The position numbers and the translations under genes are program-made. Positions 27,186-39,826 of a DNA stretch of 64,000 bases are shown here, one piece after another (positions within the stretch are counted from its first letter, which is position 1; each line of letters opens with the position of its first letter). The stretch is from Amphiscolops sp. MND2022 (Eukaryota). The notes beneath the pieces are model-generated. The model worked only from the letters and a program-made list of their open reading frames with translations. It searched no databases and was not told the origin of the DNA. The stretch lies in the NCBI GenBank assembly GCA_964187785.1, contig OZ076409.1, positions 88,352,001 to 88,416,000 on the forward strand. The letters are read 5' to 3'.

Positions 27186-28229
27186 ACGTGAGAGTACAGG
27201 AGGAATTCTTTGAAGTATTCCTGCACTTTGTTTCATCTTTTGTAGTGTAACAAACGTAACCTTCCTGTAACAAATCATACAACAGTTGTGTGTTGGAGTA
27301 GCCGTCCTGTGTTTAAATACCCATTTGGACATGACACTCAGAAAATGGAGGGTCACGATTTTATAAATGACTTTCGAGCTAATAATGGAAGTCGTCACAT
27401 ATATAAATAGCATCATCATGTCACCAAGTTATTGTAGGCGCGGCAACATCAAAGCGCTCAACAAAGGACAGCGGAGCATGTTGCTCAAGCTTTTTCAATA
27501 CAAGGTCAGCGTTACATGTATTCAGCAACTTTACATGTTATTTCACATGAAGTTTGACCTATACGGCCAATAGCTCTGTTGGGTTTTTTCAGGTTATACC
27601 AACAGGGGGATAGTACAAAGTGGTAATACCAGTCGTGATTCATTATTTCACTAATCAGAGTATCTATTCATGTAAGGTTTTATTTAAGTACATATAGCAT
27701 TGGTAAATTTTGCTTTTATAGATCATCATAGTAGTTGCAACAACTGAATATATATTTGGACAAGTTAGGCCACGTAGCCTTACTCGTCCGTTCCGACTAA
27801 CTACGAGTATACTATAGTAACTGCAAACAAAGCGGTGAGTAAATGTAAGGCCCTGATTGGCTAATGCGCTGCGTACGGCGGCTAGGCTAACTATACTGAG
27901 CAAGCAGAGATGTGAACACGTTTTTTATCTGCCTGTCAGTATAACTTGCTGTCAAATCTTGAACACTATCATATTAACAACATTTACGTAATTTGAATGA
28001 AAGTGTTTAAAAATTCAAACATGACAGTTCATTTATTGTAAAGGTATTGTTCCGGGTAGGGCAACCGGGCTGCTGTGGTCAATCGTGTTTCGTGTATATA
28101 TTGCCATCACAGGCGGGATCTTGGGACAACGGAAGTAAGAAAGTTTTATAATAGGTTTTGTCACAAGAAAGATTACCGGAAATCGTGAGATATTCGGTCG
28201 TATAAAAATATGTTTTATAAAACGTTTCC

Positions 28230-29270
28230 GCATTTAACTCGCCCATTAGGAATCTTAAGTGAATAATTTCATTTTGCGTCCAATTATCACAAATACTATC
28301 GTTGATTGTGCGAGAATGTCTTTCACTGATTATCTTTATTAATTTCGAGGAAAAAAATCGAAAACTGATATTCAACTATCTAACTACTGTAATTGACTCC
28401 GAGAACATCATCCTTTAATTACCATAGGTTTTTTCTACACATTACTTCTACACATACCTGATCTTCTGGGAAAGCTTTTGGGAACGTTTTGATTAAATGT
28501 TGCCCAAATAGTTCGAGGCGAAGACATGCCGTTGCGCAGTAAGATTCTTCGTGAAATAATTAAATGCAATTAAATTTTGGCCCTCAATGTTGGTGTTAAT
28601 GAACGCGTCAAATTGAAGGTTGTTCTCAAGGTCTCAATGGAATTAAATCATAGAGTAGTTAAATTGCTTTCTATTAGTAGACACTGTTCATTAAAAGAAA
28701 ACGACGAAATTTCTGTCGACGAAAATGCCACCTACCACAAAAAAGCTATTCACTTGAAACTTTTGAGAAAAATGGAATAATATTGTATAGCGTTGACAAA
28801 AATAATGAGAATAGAATAAACACATTTTATTCGAAAACTGAATATATTAAAGAAATATATATTATGTCAACTTTAAGAAAAAACAATTGGTATCATAAAA
28901 ACATAGTCAATATTTTACTAGTTTTCCTTCATTTTTGATACAATTCGAAAATCTTTCGTAAGTTGCATCTATCAATTTCTTCCTCGTCTTTATAAATAGA
29001 ATGGTTTTGCAACCTATTTGTTAATTTTTGGAAACAATTTCAAGAGTAAAGTTGCATTCTTTTAAAATGAATGCGTTATTCTGAGCGTCATTGTCAGCGT
29101 GTTTGCATTTGAAAGTTTGCGTGTGGCTTTTTCTGGCAAAAGCTCTGCATTTGAATTGCACAGCAAGATTTTGGCAACAAAAGATGGAATATATCTTCAA
29201 TGGCAACATTTGTAAGTTTCGCTTCCTATAGTCTTCACCACGAAAATGACAGCAAAAATAGTCTTGAAAA
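28230..29270 (-). pseudogene. Possible decayed Polinton/adintovirus-type DNA polymerase B remnant
   Basis: Colinear degenerate motifs CHFRGEDYR, IFCCQNL, DEEEIDR, FLKVDII, GGIFVDR, ICDNWTQNEIIHLRFL. Confidence 0.3.
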
Positions 29271-30779
29271 TTGTTTGAACTTAGTATCTTCCTGAAGTTG
29301 CCCCAAAGAAAAAAGCAAAAAAAATATGGAGCAAATATCTTGTTTCGGAAACCCCTAAAAAATGCACTCCTTGAAACAACTCACAGCGAATTTGGTTCAA
29401 GAAATCTCCTTCATAAAAAAATGAAAGTGATCTAAACAAAACAGTAAGACCTTTCGGCTAAAAAATTCATGACTTGAGGTTAGTGGACTCACATTATGAA
29501 ACTTCGCTTGACACAGCTGCTACATCCATACCAATTGGTATTCGTTAAAAATCGCTTGTTAGACCAATGCGAACTCATCAAGTTTCGACGTGCAGTATTT
29601 TTTGAATGTTCTCGAATGAAAACTCAGAGCACAGCGCACAAAAAATTAATACATTCCCATAAAACAAGTTGCCTAATGTTCTGAAAATTTCCATCTCGTT
29701 TGGAGAAAAAATCTCTTAATGAATGCACTACCAAACAGTTGGTACTTGTAAATCATCAGTTTATCAAAAAATCTTGTGGAACGAGCGAATAAGGGATTCA
29801 CAAAAAGTGTACCAGATTATAACTTCTTTGTTGGGATAAGTTGTCCTCTATAATAAAGTGTTTCGGTTTGAAGCACTTCAAAGTTTTACCGATTACAGCC
29901 GTCGAAGTGGCACAAATTGACCGACTTGAAAAAAATTGAAAACATTATTCTAAAGCTTTGGTGTTTGCAAACAGCTTCAGAAAACGAACAAAAGCTTTAC
30001 CGTTCAGAATTTGATTCTTAAGATTAAATTAAATCAAATTAAAGAAAATGCTGCATTAAAAATTTTCATATTGCTATAGTATTGGCATAGTTCAATGAGA
30101 AAGCAATGTAATTTGAGCAGGTTGCAATTCTGCCAAAAAATTGAAAAAAGTGAAAGTTAAAATTTGGTTCATTGATTCTGCAAGATTTTCGAAGTTTTGA
30201 GCTGTGAGCTGTTTCACATTGGAAATTACTGCTTTTCCTGGTTTTGTCACCGTTTTTAGTGATATGGTGAAAAATACTCAAAAATTTCGAATGATGAAGC
30301 TGATTTTTGAACATGAATATCACATGATGATGTAATCATCACAATGTAGGTTTAGACGTAGAAAAACTTCAAATTTGGAAAACTTTTCAAATGCTTTTTT
30401 TTTCAAAAGAATTGAAAAGTCCTCAATTGTTTGGCAAAAAGCGTGAAATCCACAACCAGCAATTCACTTTCCTCTGTTTTGCTACCTTTCAAGTTTCTAT
30501 TTTGAAAAATCTATAATTTGGGTTTTACATTAAATGGTTTTCTGTCTTTTTTGTTGAATATTTCATTTCAAAAGCCTGTCGTCAATTCAGATTGAAATCT
30601 TTGTCGAGGATTTTTTTTCCTTTGTAAATGGAAACGATAATACCTCAAAACGTATTTGGATAAGAACACATCCAATGGAATTTTTGTTTTCACTATCAGT
30701 TTTAGCGGTTTCCAATCGAAAATCTCGTAATTACATCATTTAGGTCCAAATTAATGAAAACAAGGGTTAGGTTATGGTT

Positions 30780-31152
30780 ACCAGACAAACGCGCCCCAGT
30801 CATAAGCGCCCCAATCAAAGACTACAGAGGATTTGCTGACCCTTTTCAACTAACAATTGTAGGTCCTCACTCCCAATGAAGATCGATCAGTATTTCATCT
30901 CAAACCAGTGTATTGATAAATTGATTCATTAATAAATTGATATAGTTAGTTCGGAAATGCCAAAATTAGCAGATTAAGTTGTTTTCAATTGAGTTTTGTT
31001 AGGTGTGAGAACGTGAAATCTGGCATTACCAGTGAGTTAACCTTGTCTTTGAACACCTTCAATTAAACTTAATTAGAGGCGGTGAATTCAACTCAAAAAT
31101 TAGAAAGACGTTTTGCATTGGGGCGATTTTGACTGGGGCACTTTTGTCTGGT
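30780..31152. mobile_element. MITE with ~36-bp imperfect TIRs
   Basis: ACCAGACAAACGCGCCCCAGTCATAAGCGCCCCAAT ... ATTGGGGCGATTTTGACTGGGGCACTTTTGTCTGGT. Confidence 0.7.
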
Positions 31153-33550
31153 CTATACACACAGGTTATAGTAGTTACCGTCTTCAACAAGCCGAGAACG
31201 GCCTAAGTCGGCTCAAGATTCAAAAAGAGCAAGGCGTTTGAAATATTCAAGGGACAACTACTTGTGAAACATCTCTCATCATACAGTGCCAAAAAATCCG
31301 TATGACTCGAAAAGAGTTTTTCTGTTTTTTTTTCTGAACTGGGAACATAGAAAAACCCACATTTTTGAATTTTTCTCACATAAATTCCGTCAAAAAAAGT
31401 TACTTAGTGCCGAAAACTCCAAAATTTTGGGCTAAGTCCATGCAAAAAGTCCATCTTTTAGTGTGACATCTGTTGTCTGACACAAAAACACATGCGACTG
31501 TGAAAATAAATCCCTCGATTCTTTCAGGTAGAAGCAGAAAAAATATATATTTTGACTTTTTTGTCATGATCACTAAGCAAGAGATTGAGGACATGCTAAA
31601 GGCCCAACAATGGTGAGTCGAGAGAGAATCGAACTTGATACCACCCAGTACAAACCGATTGATGTAACATATTCCCCAAGTACAATTATAAATACACGAA
31701 GACTTGGATTTTCCGCCCCTCGCTCCACCGCCATTCAGTGTAACACTTGCACGCTTTTTAATTAGTAATAGTCTAGTAATAGCCACTTTTCTCCATTTTA
31801 AAGTTGCGCCTCATTTTCTTCTGCACAGAAGTTGGTGGTTTTTGGCAGTTTTATCATCGACAGTAATTTCGTCCTCAATTGAGGAAAAGCTTATTCTTTA
31901 GAAATGACACTGATTCGTAAGCGATATTGGGATAGCTCAAAATAATGGTTAATTGGAAAATGAACAGACTCAGCTTCAAGCTCAGGCAAGTTTCAATCTC
32001 GAAAAACAGCGTGATGAAAAAGAGCTCATGAAAAATGAAATGCTCCAGCGCTTCTCATACTAACCATGCGAGCATGATTTTAGTCAACAACTCTATATGA
32101 AATATAAGCGACTATTATAATGGCTTTTCGTCGCGTTTTTCTTTTCTTTCCAACCCGGCAATTTCATGCAGAATGACAAATTTCCACGAAAGTCATACGA
32201 ATTAGCAAATAGTTCAGAAAGGCCCGCCCTTTCAAATTTTAACGAACAGCTTTGAATGAAAAAGATTTGATGGTTATTTTCGGCACGGTGAGACTTTTTC
32301 GAAAAGTTTTCAATTTTACAACAGGGTCTCGTTTTTAGTTTCATCGTTACTGTGAAGTAGAGAATTCATTCAAGAAAATCCTTGACGCTTTGGGATACGT
32401 TTGCTCTTGTTAGGTGTGTTTTCTATTCAAACTTCGAGTAACTAAAATTGACAACTAAAATCGAGGTATCTAAAGGAGATGCTGAAATTGCCCACCGCAA
32501 TGGTTTGGCGTACTTGATCCGGCCTTCAAAATGTGATCATTTGTCATAATTCGGAGAAACACCGTTCATCAGATCTTCTAGAGTTTTTGATTATTTACAA
32601 TGAAAATTTCAAGTGAACGGTATGGAACAATTACAACAACTACAAGCTTAACAAAGTGACCCATACAGTTGTCGGTGAAAAAAACTCGGCATTGTATAGT
32701 TTGCAGTGCTTTCCGAAAAACGCCGACTAAGTAGTCGTCCTGTTTTTCAACCTGGATTTTTTAGTTCAGTTAATCTCAGACATGAAGCACTAATTTCAGA
32801 AACCATTATTAGGTTAGCCCTTCGAAGATTTCAGGAACTCCGGTGTTTTTCAAGTTCATTGATTACCCTAAGCTCTTGAACTTTTACGAACACCTTGAAA
32901 GCAGCAATGCACAAAAAGGAAGAAGCATACGGTTTCAATCAGAGTGAAGATCACGCCAAAAACTTCCAGGTTTTTCCCCTCTCGTTTTACTTTTAAAAAA
33001 ATCAATCCATGATGGCATACTTCATTAAACTTTTCGAACGCTACCCGAACCAAAAACTGGGTCGTCATTGTAGAAGCCTGAGGTTTCAACGACCATCGAA
33101 GTTCAGCCCGAAGTTTTGTAGGGAATTGGCGCTACCTCATTCAATTAATATTTTGGACCTTCAATCCGTCCGTTCTTGTCGTATCCAAAACCATCAGCGG
33201 TTCTCATAACAGTTCCATAAAAAAGACATTTCAATGGAAATTTACTGCTTTCAATTTTCCGAATTACAATTTTCTGAATTCACGACGGACAATATTCTCA
33301 CCAAGTTTCAACTTAGATTTTGACAGTGAATGGGTTTGCCGCAGTACCCCCTAGTCAGCACTTGACCATAAACAGTCTCGTCATAACACCCCACGCAACC
33401 ACTGAACCCCAGATTCTACAAGAAGCGATCAAACACAGGCAGCAACTCCCAAGACCTGGACCACTTCCACACATGGACGATTGAGTGGTTGAATGCGATA
33501 CACAAAGAAGTTGTTCACTGAAAACCGCATTTTCCCAACAAGGCGAAAAA

Positions 33551-35567
33551 TTATTGTTTTCCGCATATATTTCGTATGGGAAAGGAAAATAGTTAAATCA
33601 AACGTTTTTTTTTTACAAAATTTGCCAAGCACCAAATTTATATTTAACTTTAAGGGTGTTACCCATAGAAATCAGCTCACATAAATTTAGCTTCGAGCGA
33701 TATGTATTCGTGGAGATTTCTGGACTTTTTTAGTTGACCCCAAGTACCCCAGAATGACCCAAAAAGAATCCCAAAAAAACTAAAAACTGTCAAAATTTGT
33801 AATATTTTTACGTTTTATTGCAACTTTTGTCAATTTTTTGATAGATGTCGTGGATAAGAATGTTGAAAAGGTTCAACAACGCAAGAATTGGATGTCCAGT
33901 AGTCGTTTATGAAGAGATAAATGCGGTTTTATTGGAGAGCAAAAGACCCAAAAATGACAAAAATCCCAAAATTTTTCTATTTTTAAAGTTTTTATGCAAT
34001 TTTTGTGAAAGTTTCGACAGACTTCGTGGATTGGAATGTTTCAAAGGGTCAACAAAGAAACGTTCGGTTGTCCAGTAGTCTTTTATGAAGAGATATATGC
34101 AATGTTTTGAATGAAAATGTCTCAAATTGACACCTGAAATGACAAAAAACAAAATTTTCCAATTTTCAAGATTTTTTGCACTTTTTGTTAAAGTTCTGAC
34201 AGAATTTGTAAATTGGAAATTTTCAACAGGTCAAACAGGAAAGAGGTGTGTAGTCTACTGTGTTTAGAAAATGATAATGCAATTTTTCAAACAAAAACTG
34301 TCCGGAATTGACATCGAAAAAGACAAAATTTCGAAAACTTTCCGATTTTCACTACTTCCGTTCAATTTTTGTCGAAATATCGATAGACTTCGTGGACTAG
34401 AATGTTAAAACGCCTAAAACGTGTCAAACTTGTTGTATTCGTGAGCTTTTGTCACGAGATAAGTTCAATCTGTGAAAGAAAATTGCCTCAAACTGACCAT
34501 GATCTGTCAAAAAATTTGACGTTTTTGTCGTTTCTGATGCAATTTCTGTACATTTTCCGAAAGATTTTGTTCTACGTTCCAACTCAACAACGAGAGAACA
34601 CTTCAGATTGGCTCCAAAGCATTCGAAAAACTTCAACATCTTCTATTTTGAGCAACTTGTGTACTTTTTGAATCGCTTTGGAGTCAGAATGTTGGCAAAC
34701 GTTCATCAAAGACTGAACTCATAATCCAGTACGCTATCAAAGGAACATTTGCAGACTTCGGTTGGAGAATGGCTCAAAGTTGACCGCAAAAAGTCAGAAA
34801 TGTCGAAATTTTTGTCGGTTTCCTACATTTTCAGGGAATTTTTATTTAAGATTCGAAAGTTTCGGTAAAATAAAAGCTTCGAAAAGCTCTAGATGATAAA
34901 ACTAGGTCCGAAGCGCGTTTTAAAAAAAAAGTAGCATGTTTTATAGTGGAAAGATTCCTCAGAAACGACCAAAAAATGGAAAACGTGAAAAATTTCAAGT
35001 TTTTTCTACAAATTTCAGGCAGTTTTTTTGTTGAAGCTTCAAGCGACCTCCTTGCCTAAAATGGTTTGATAAAAGTCAACACTTACTAATCCGGGTTTCT
35101 CCTGAAGGCAATTTTGAAGAGACAACTGCATTGTATTGTTACCCAAATGAGAACACCCAAAAATCCATGAAACAACGAAAAGCACGCTGTTAGACAAACT
35201 AATCTCAATTTTTTGTTCAAACCACGAACGTTTTTGAAGAATAGATCTTCCAATGACCTAAGCGTTGAAACAATAGTGTATTCAAAACGCAATTGGAGAA
35301 AAAGTGGGATGAAGTTCATCTAGTTCACAACAAAGGTGTCAGAGTATCCGAACTTTCTTTATTTTCAACAACATTTTTAGTCTCAATTTTGGACCTTCCC
35401 GAAAATTTGCTTCAATGAGAAATACCAAAGGCTCATGATTGAAACGGTTAGCTACGGGTAGTGTTTCGAAAAGATATCAGACAAGTTCATTTGCCCAACT
35501 TTCGAAAACTTTACTTGAAAACGTAAATTTCGACCAAAATATCTCGCTGCTCAGCGGGCGTCTTGTT
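33551..35567 (+). mobile_element. HINE family B copy with ~4 tandem units
   Basis: Same head (AAGGGTGTTACCCATAGAA) and tail (ATATCTCGCTGCTCAGCGGGCGTCTTGTT) as the other two copies. Confidence 0.75.
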
Positions 35568-35609
35568 CAAGACTCATTTTCATAAACACCGGAAATTTCA
35601 TTTATTGTT

Positions 35610-35778
35610 AGCAGGAACTAGGAGCGAAGAAGATTGCTCAGTGAGTAAAATATTCTCGAGACATTTAGAATTGTGGCCAGAGGGAACCCTTTTAGAGTTA
35701 CAAGACGAAGCAAACGCGTTGCAGCAGAGGCAGCAAAAAACGGATCAAAGACAATATGAAAACATAATGTCACAATGA
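35610..35778 (+). pseudogene. Fragment of CRE-like non-LTR retrotransposon ORF (pre-RT region)
   Basis: RHLELWPEGTLLELQDEANALQ resembles the pre-RT LELWxxG motif. Same strand as the RT fragment downstream. Confidence 0.4.
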
Positions 35779-37009
35779 CTAAAGTACCAAATGCCATCAC
35801 ATGCCATGAAGAAGAAGAGGAAGATCATGTTCCAATGAAAACTGAGAATAAAACAGAACAGCATAGTAAGTGAATTTCTTCTGATAAAGCACACCAGACC
35901 AAGGAGCTCAGTTTTAAGTTACTTTGGAACAATGTGAAGCTTTTAGGACGTAGCATTTATGTCATGCCAGTATGATGGAAATAAATATCTATGTAATATT
36001 TGTAAAGTACATATATATCATAAACACTTTTTTATGGGTAAAATGAAGCCTTATAATGTACATGGTTGTGGGCAACCCTACGATATTTATATATTCACCC
36101 TTGCTAGAGTCTTGAGATTACATACGTATTTTTAATTATTAGAACTGAGCCCAAGATCAAGCGTCGTTTAACTCAGTGAAGTGCTAGTGGTCAAATACAT
36201 GCATTCATCAGTGTTTCAATGGATTCATGCTCTCTGACGAGAAATGGATAATTTCGCAGTCAATTGACTGCCCCTGATGGAAAAGGGATCGAATTCGGAG
36301 CACTAAGGTCAATGCCTCTAAGACTAGAAGGCCCTGTCCAATTTAATCCAAAACTCATCACGCATCATTAACTCATCCAAAATTTATCTTGTACTCATTT
36401 TCATAATACCATTAATCATAACGCCATCACAAGTGCTTTTAAACGTCATAGATTTATCAGAGATTAACTAAGTAGCTTGCGCCTTCACCGTTTCGTTCTT
36501 AGTGAAGTATAAGGAATAAAATTCCACCAATTTTACAAATCCGATGTAGTATGATACTTTGCTATTGAAGTTGGTGAGTTGAAACAAGGTAATAGGTAAT
36601 AAGTATCACTTTAGCATGCCAGTCAATGATGTGAAAAGTGCATTAATTGTGTCTTGTCACTTGGAGATGACAAGATTGAGAATTGGACGCAACAGGGCAG
36701 CTCTGAAGGTGCTCTTTAACCCAAGCGCACGAGTGCAAGTTCTCCTCTTAAAGCGCATGAGTGCAAGTTCTCCTCGAACACTTAGAATTGGAAAAACCAT
36801 CTATAATTCTTCCCTCGTTCAAAATTCACCCAAAGTTCATTCGAATATGTATTCTAACCCTGCAAACGTAGATTTTGACTCACATTCATCCGAAACTCAT
36901 CGTGATGAAAATAACTCGATTTCGCAAGAAGAAATGAAAAATCAAATCATTAAATTACAAACCGAAATAAATAAGATTAAAACTCTACAAGCGACCTTGA
37001 CACAATAGG

Positions 37010-37578
37010 TTATCTCTCGACCAGAGGAAGGAAACGCTGTGTGAGCCTCTAGTTTTCGCACCCGGGAGCGTATTGACAAAACAGCTCTCTTTGACAAATT
37101 GTGACATAGAGCATGCAATAAATTCCCTTCTAGAAGCATGACAACAATCAGCAGGAGAAGCGCCGTGCTTCTAATAGATGCCATAAATGCTATCAATGGT
37201 CTAAATTAGAGCGTGGCCTCAAACAACGCATCCAAAAACTGTTCATCATTCGAAATCGCCCTGTGTAGCTCCTACGCGTCACCGAACGGACATTATATTA
37301 ACAGCAGAACGTTTTGTTTTCAGGAAAGAACTACAAAAGGTGTTCCGCTAGCCAAGTCATTGTACGGTACAGCTTTGTTACCCGAAGACGATGATTCCGT
37401 TTAAAAGAGGTACGCAGATGATGGTACTGCAAGCTCCCACGACTTCACGTTCACAAAAAGTTGGGGGAAGCATGGATTGGCTATCGGCTATCACAGCACG
37501 AAATGTCACATAACAGCGAATCCCGACATCAAAATTAAGGCCAAGCAGATGTTCAAAAACGAACTAATAGATTTATTA
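37010..37578 (+). pseudogene. Decayed non-LTR retrotransposon reverse transcriptase (CRE-like)
   Basis: IEHAINSL, AVLLIDAINAINGLN*, QERTTKGVPLAKSLYG, *KRYADDG and IGYHSTKCH, with in-frame stops. Confidence 0.8.
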
Positions 37579-37655
37579 TACCTGTTGAACGAGTTCTCGG
37601 CTCAGCCAATGGCAGCCCCTCAGCGTGCGAGGAATTCAATTCGAAAACAATGACT

Positions 37656-38476
37656 CCCCGTACTGGAAACCCACCGCAACCCACCGGTGACCACCGGTGT
37701 ATCACCGGTGGCCACCGGTGGAAGACGTTCATAAGTTTCGATCCGAATTTCCACCGGTGACCGCCGGTGATCCACCGGTGGCCACCGGTGAAACTTTTTT
37801 TTTGAAAAATTCGAATTCAAAATTATTAATTCAAATTTCGGCGCGTCAAATTTTGACGGTCATTCTTTTTTAGGTTTCATGCATGTTTTTACTGTTATAT
37901 TGTTACTTATTGATTTCTGAGGGTTACCTTAATGGCCCGGGTAGCATTAAGGGCGCTTTTCGGCACCGCGCATCCTGCAGCCGCAAGATAGGTAGGATTT
38001 TCACCATTTTTGGGGGTATTTTTGTTAATTTTTCCACCCGAAAACTAGATTTTGTTGTCAAATTATTTTAATAATTCATTGATTTTACTGTATCGAAATA
38101 TAGATCTCAATTGTATTCATGAGTAGCTTTGAATCCCATGGTTTCCGCAAAATTTGCGCTCTTTTAAGGTGTTTTTGGCTGATAATTCGTTAATTTTTGT
38201 CTATAATTCTGTTAAATTTCTGCCGATTTTTGCTGGACCTGCATCATCATTGTACCCTCGGTAGAACAATCGGTGACCACCGGTGGAACTACGGTGACCA
38301 CCGGTGGAATCTTCGGTGGGCCACCGGTGGTACTGTGAGTACCTCCATCGGTGGTCCACCGGTGGTCCACCGGTGGCCACCGCAAAATCTGCGGATGCCA
38401 CCGCAGTGGTCCACCGGTGGGGCTTTGGTGGAACATCGGTGACCACCGGTGGACTGCGGTTGATTTCCAACCCGGG
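37656..38476. mobile_element. Foldback/MITE with subterminal arrays of palindrome CCACCGGTGG
   Basis: Imperfect TIRs CCC..TGGAAA..ACCGCA.. at both ends, repeated (C)CACCGGTG(G) at 37681-37790 and 38270-38452. Confidence 0.75.
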
Positions 38477-39713
38477 TCAGTAAGAAAAAACCAACGACCG
38501 AGAAACAAGGCCCGATGAAATACAAGGCACATTCTCGAGAAAGATGTCTGCTGCGATATCGAACAAACAAACACCTTCAGAAACCTTCAGGCGTCCGAAG
38601 ACGAGTTCTTCGTTACCAGAACCCCACGTAAAAATTATACAGGTTATGAAAATGTCGAAAAATAACTTGAATTTTGAGCGGAAGTATCGAAGCCATCAAG
38701 TGGGAAATTATGCAGGAAAAGAAGAAAATGAAAAAGTAGTCGGCTGTTCTCTACCGATCAAATCACGACAAATTTCGACTGCATGTATTGAAATTTTCAC
38801 CTTAATTCTGATTAACAATCTGTGATTTGAATAATTTAATGTTAGTGAACTTGAGAGGAATGTTTTAAGATTTTAATTATAATTATTCCTATAGGAAATA
38901 ATTCTTAACCTGAGAATTACTCACGGCCATTAAATATATAATTGTTATTAGTTAGTAGTTTAAACTAACTAAGATTTTAGTGGTTTAGTTAGTAGTAAAT
39001 AACATTTTTATATAGAAAAACCTCTGTAATGAGTTCAAATAGTCTCTCAATAACTTTTTTGCAGAAGTCAAATGGATATTTTTTAACACAGAATTTTAAA
39101 AAGTACCTTTGAAAATCAAGTGGCTCATCCATCTACAAGATCAAAAAAAATCTTTGAAGCAAATCAAATTTGTTCACGCTCTCACTAATGCATACAAAAC
39201 ATACTAGTAAAAATTCATTCAAAAAAGCTACTGTATTGGTGCGTTTTCGTGGTAACGTTTCGCTGGTGAGACAATTTGACAAAATGTTACCGTTTAATAT
39301 GTTACCAACTCATGAGAGCAGCGGCGGTTTGCGCACTGAAGCATGTGTAAGTACTCAATAGCTGAGCGTTTAATCATGCATGACCGGGCGCCGTTAAGGA
39401 AGATTTGATAGTAGGAGAGAAACGGCGTGAACAAACAACGCAAGTTGTTACCGTACTAAAAGTTTTCCTCAAGCGAGCTCTTGATGTATAAGTTGAAATT
39501 TATGAAAACATACCGCTGGTATAATACCAACAGCGGTCAATGGTTGATTGGAGATTTAAGTGAAGCATTACAGAGCATATTGGATTTATCTTAGAACATC
39601 TGTAGCTAACTTGCGCCTCTTGTGAGTTTAGATAAAAACGAGGGCATCCTTATTTTTCTATAATCATTCACTCAAATTAGCTGCGGCAATTTGAAACTGA
39701 TTTTATATACAAC

Positions 39714-39720
39714 TATAAAA
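39714..39720 (+). promoter_or_regulatory. Candidate TATA box of the VWD gene
   Basis: TATAAAA about 60 nt upstream of the signal-peptide ATG. Confidence 0.35.
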
Positions 39721-39776
39721 ATTGTTAGTTATTTTTGAGGAAATCAAAGAAAGAAGGAACAAGATCCAACTCAAAG

Positions 39777-39826
39777 ATGAGACTTTGGTCTCAGACACTG
39801 CTTTTCTGCTTAGGTTTAGCCATATG
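39777..39826 (+). CDS. VWD gene exon 1 (signal peptide MRLWSQTLLFCLGLAIC)
   Basis: Hydrophobic N-terminus, donor TG|gtgagt. Confidence 0.75.

Noticed and set aside
31400..33530. Possible decayed transposon or LINE coding sequence
   Set aside because: No motif could be identified with enough confidence to call.
38197..38574. Overlapping short ORFs (HRW/TGG-rich)
   Set aside because: Artefacts of the CCACCGGTGG palindrome array.
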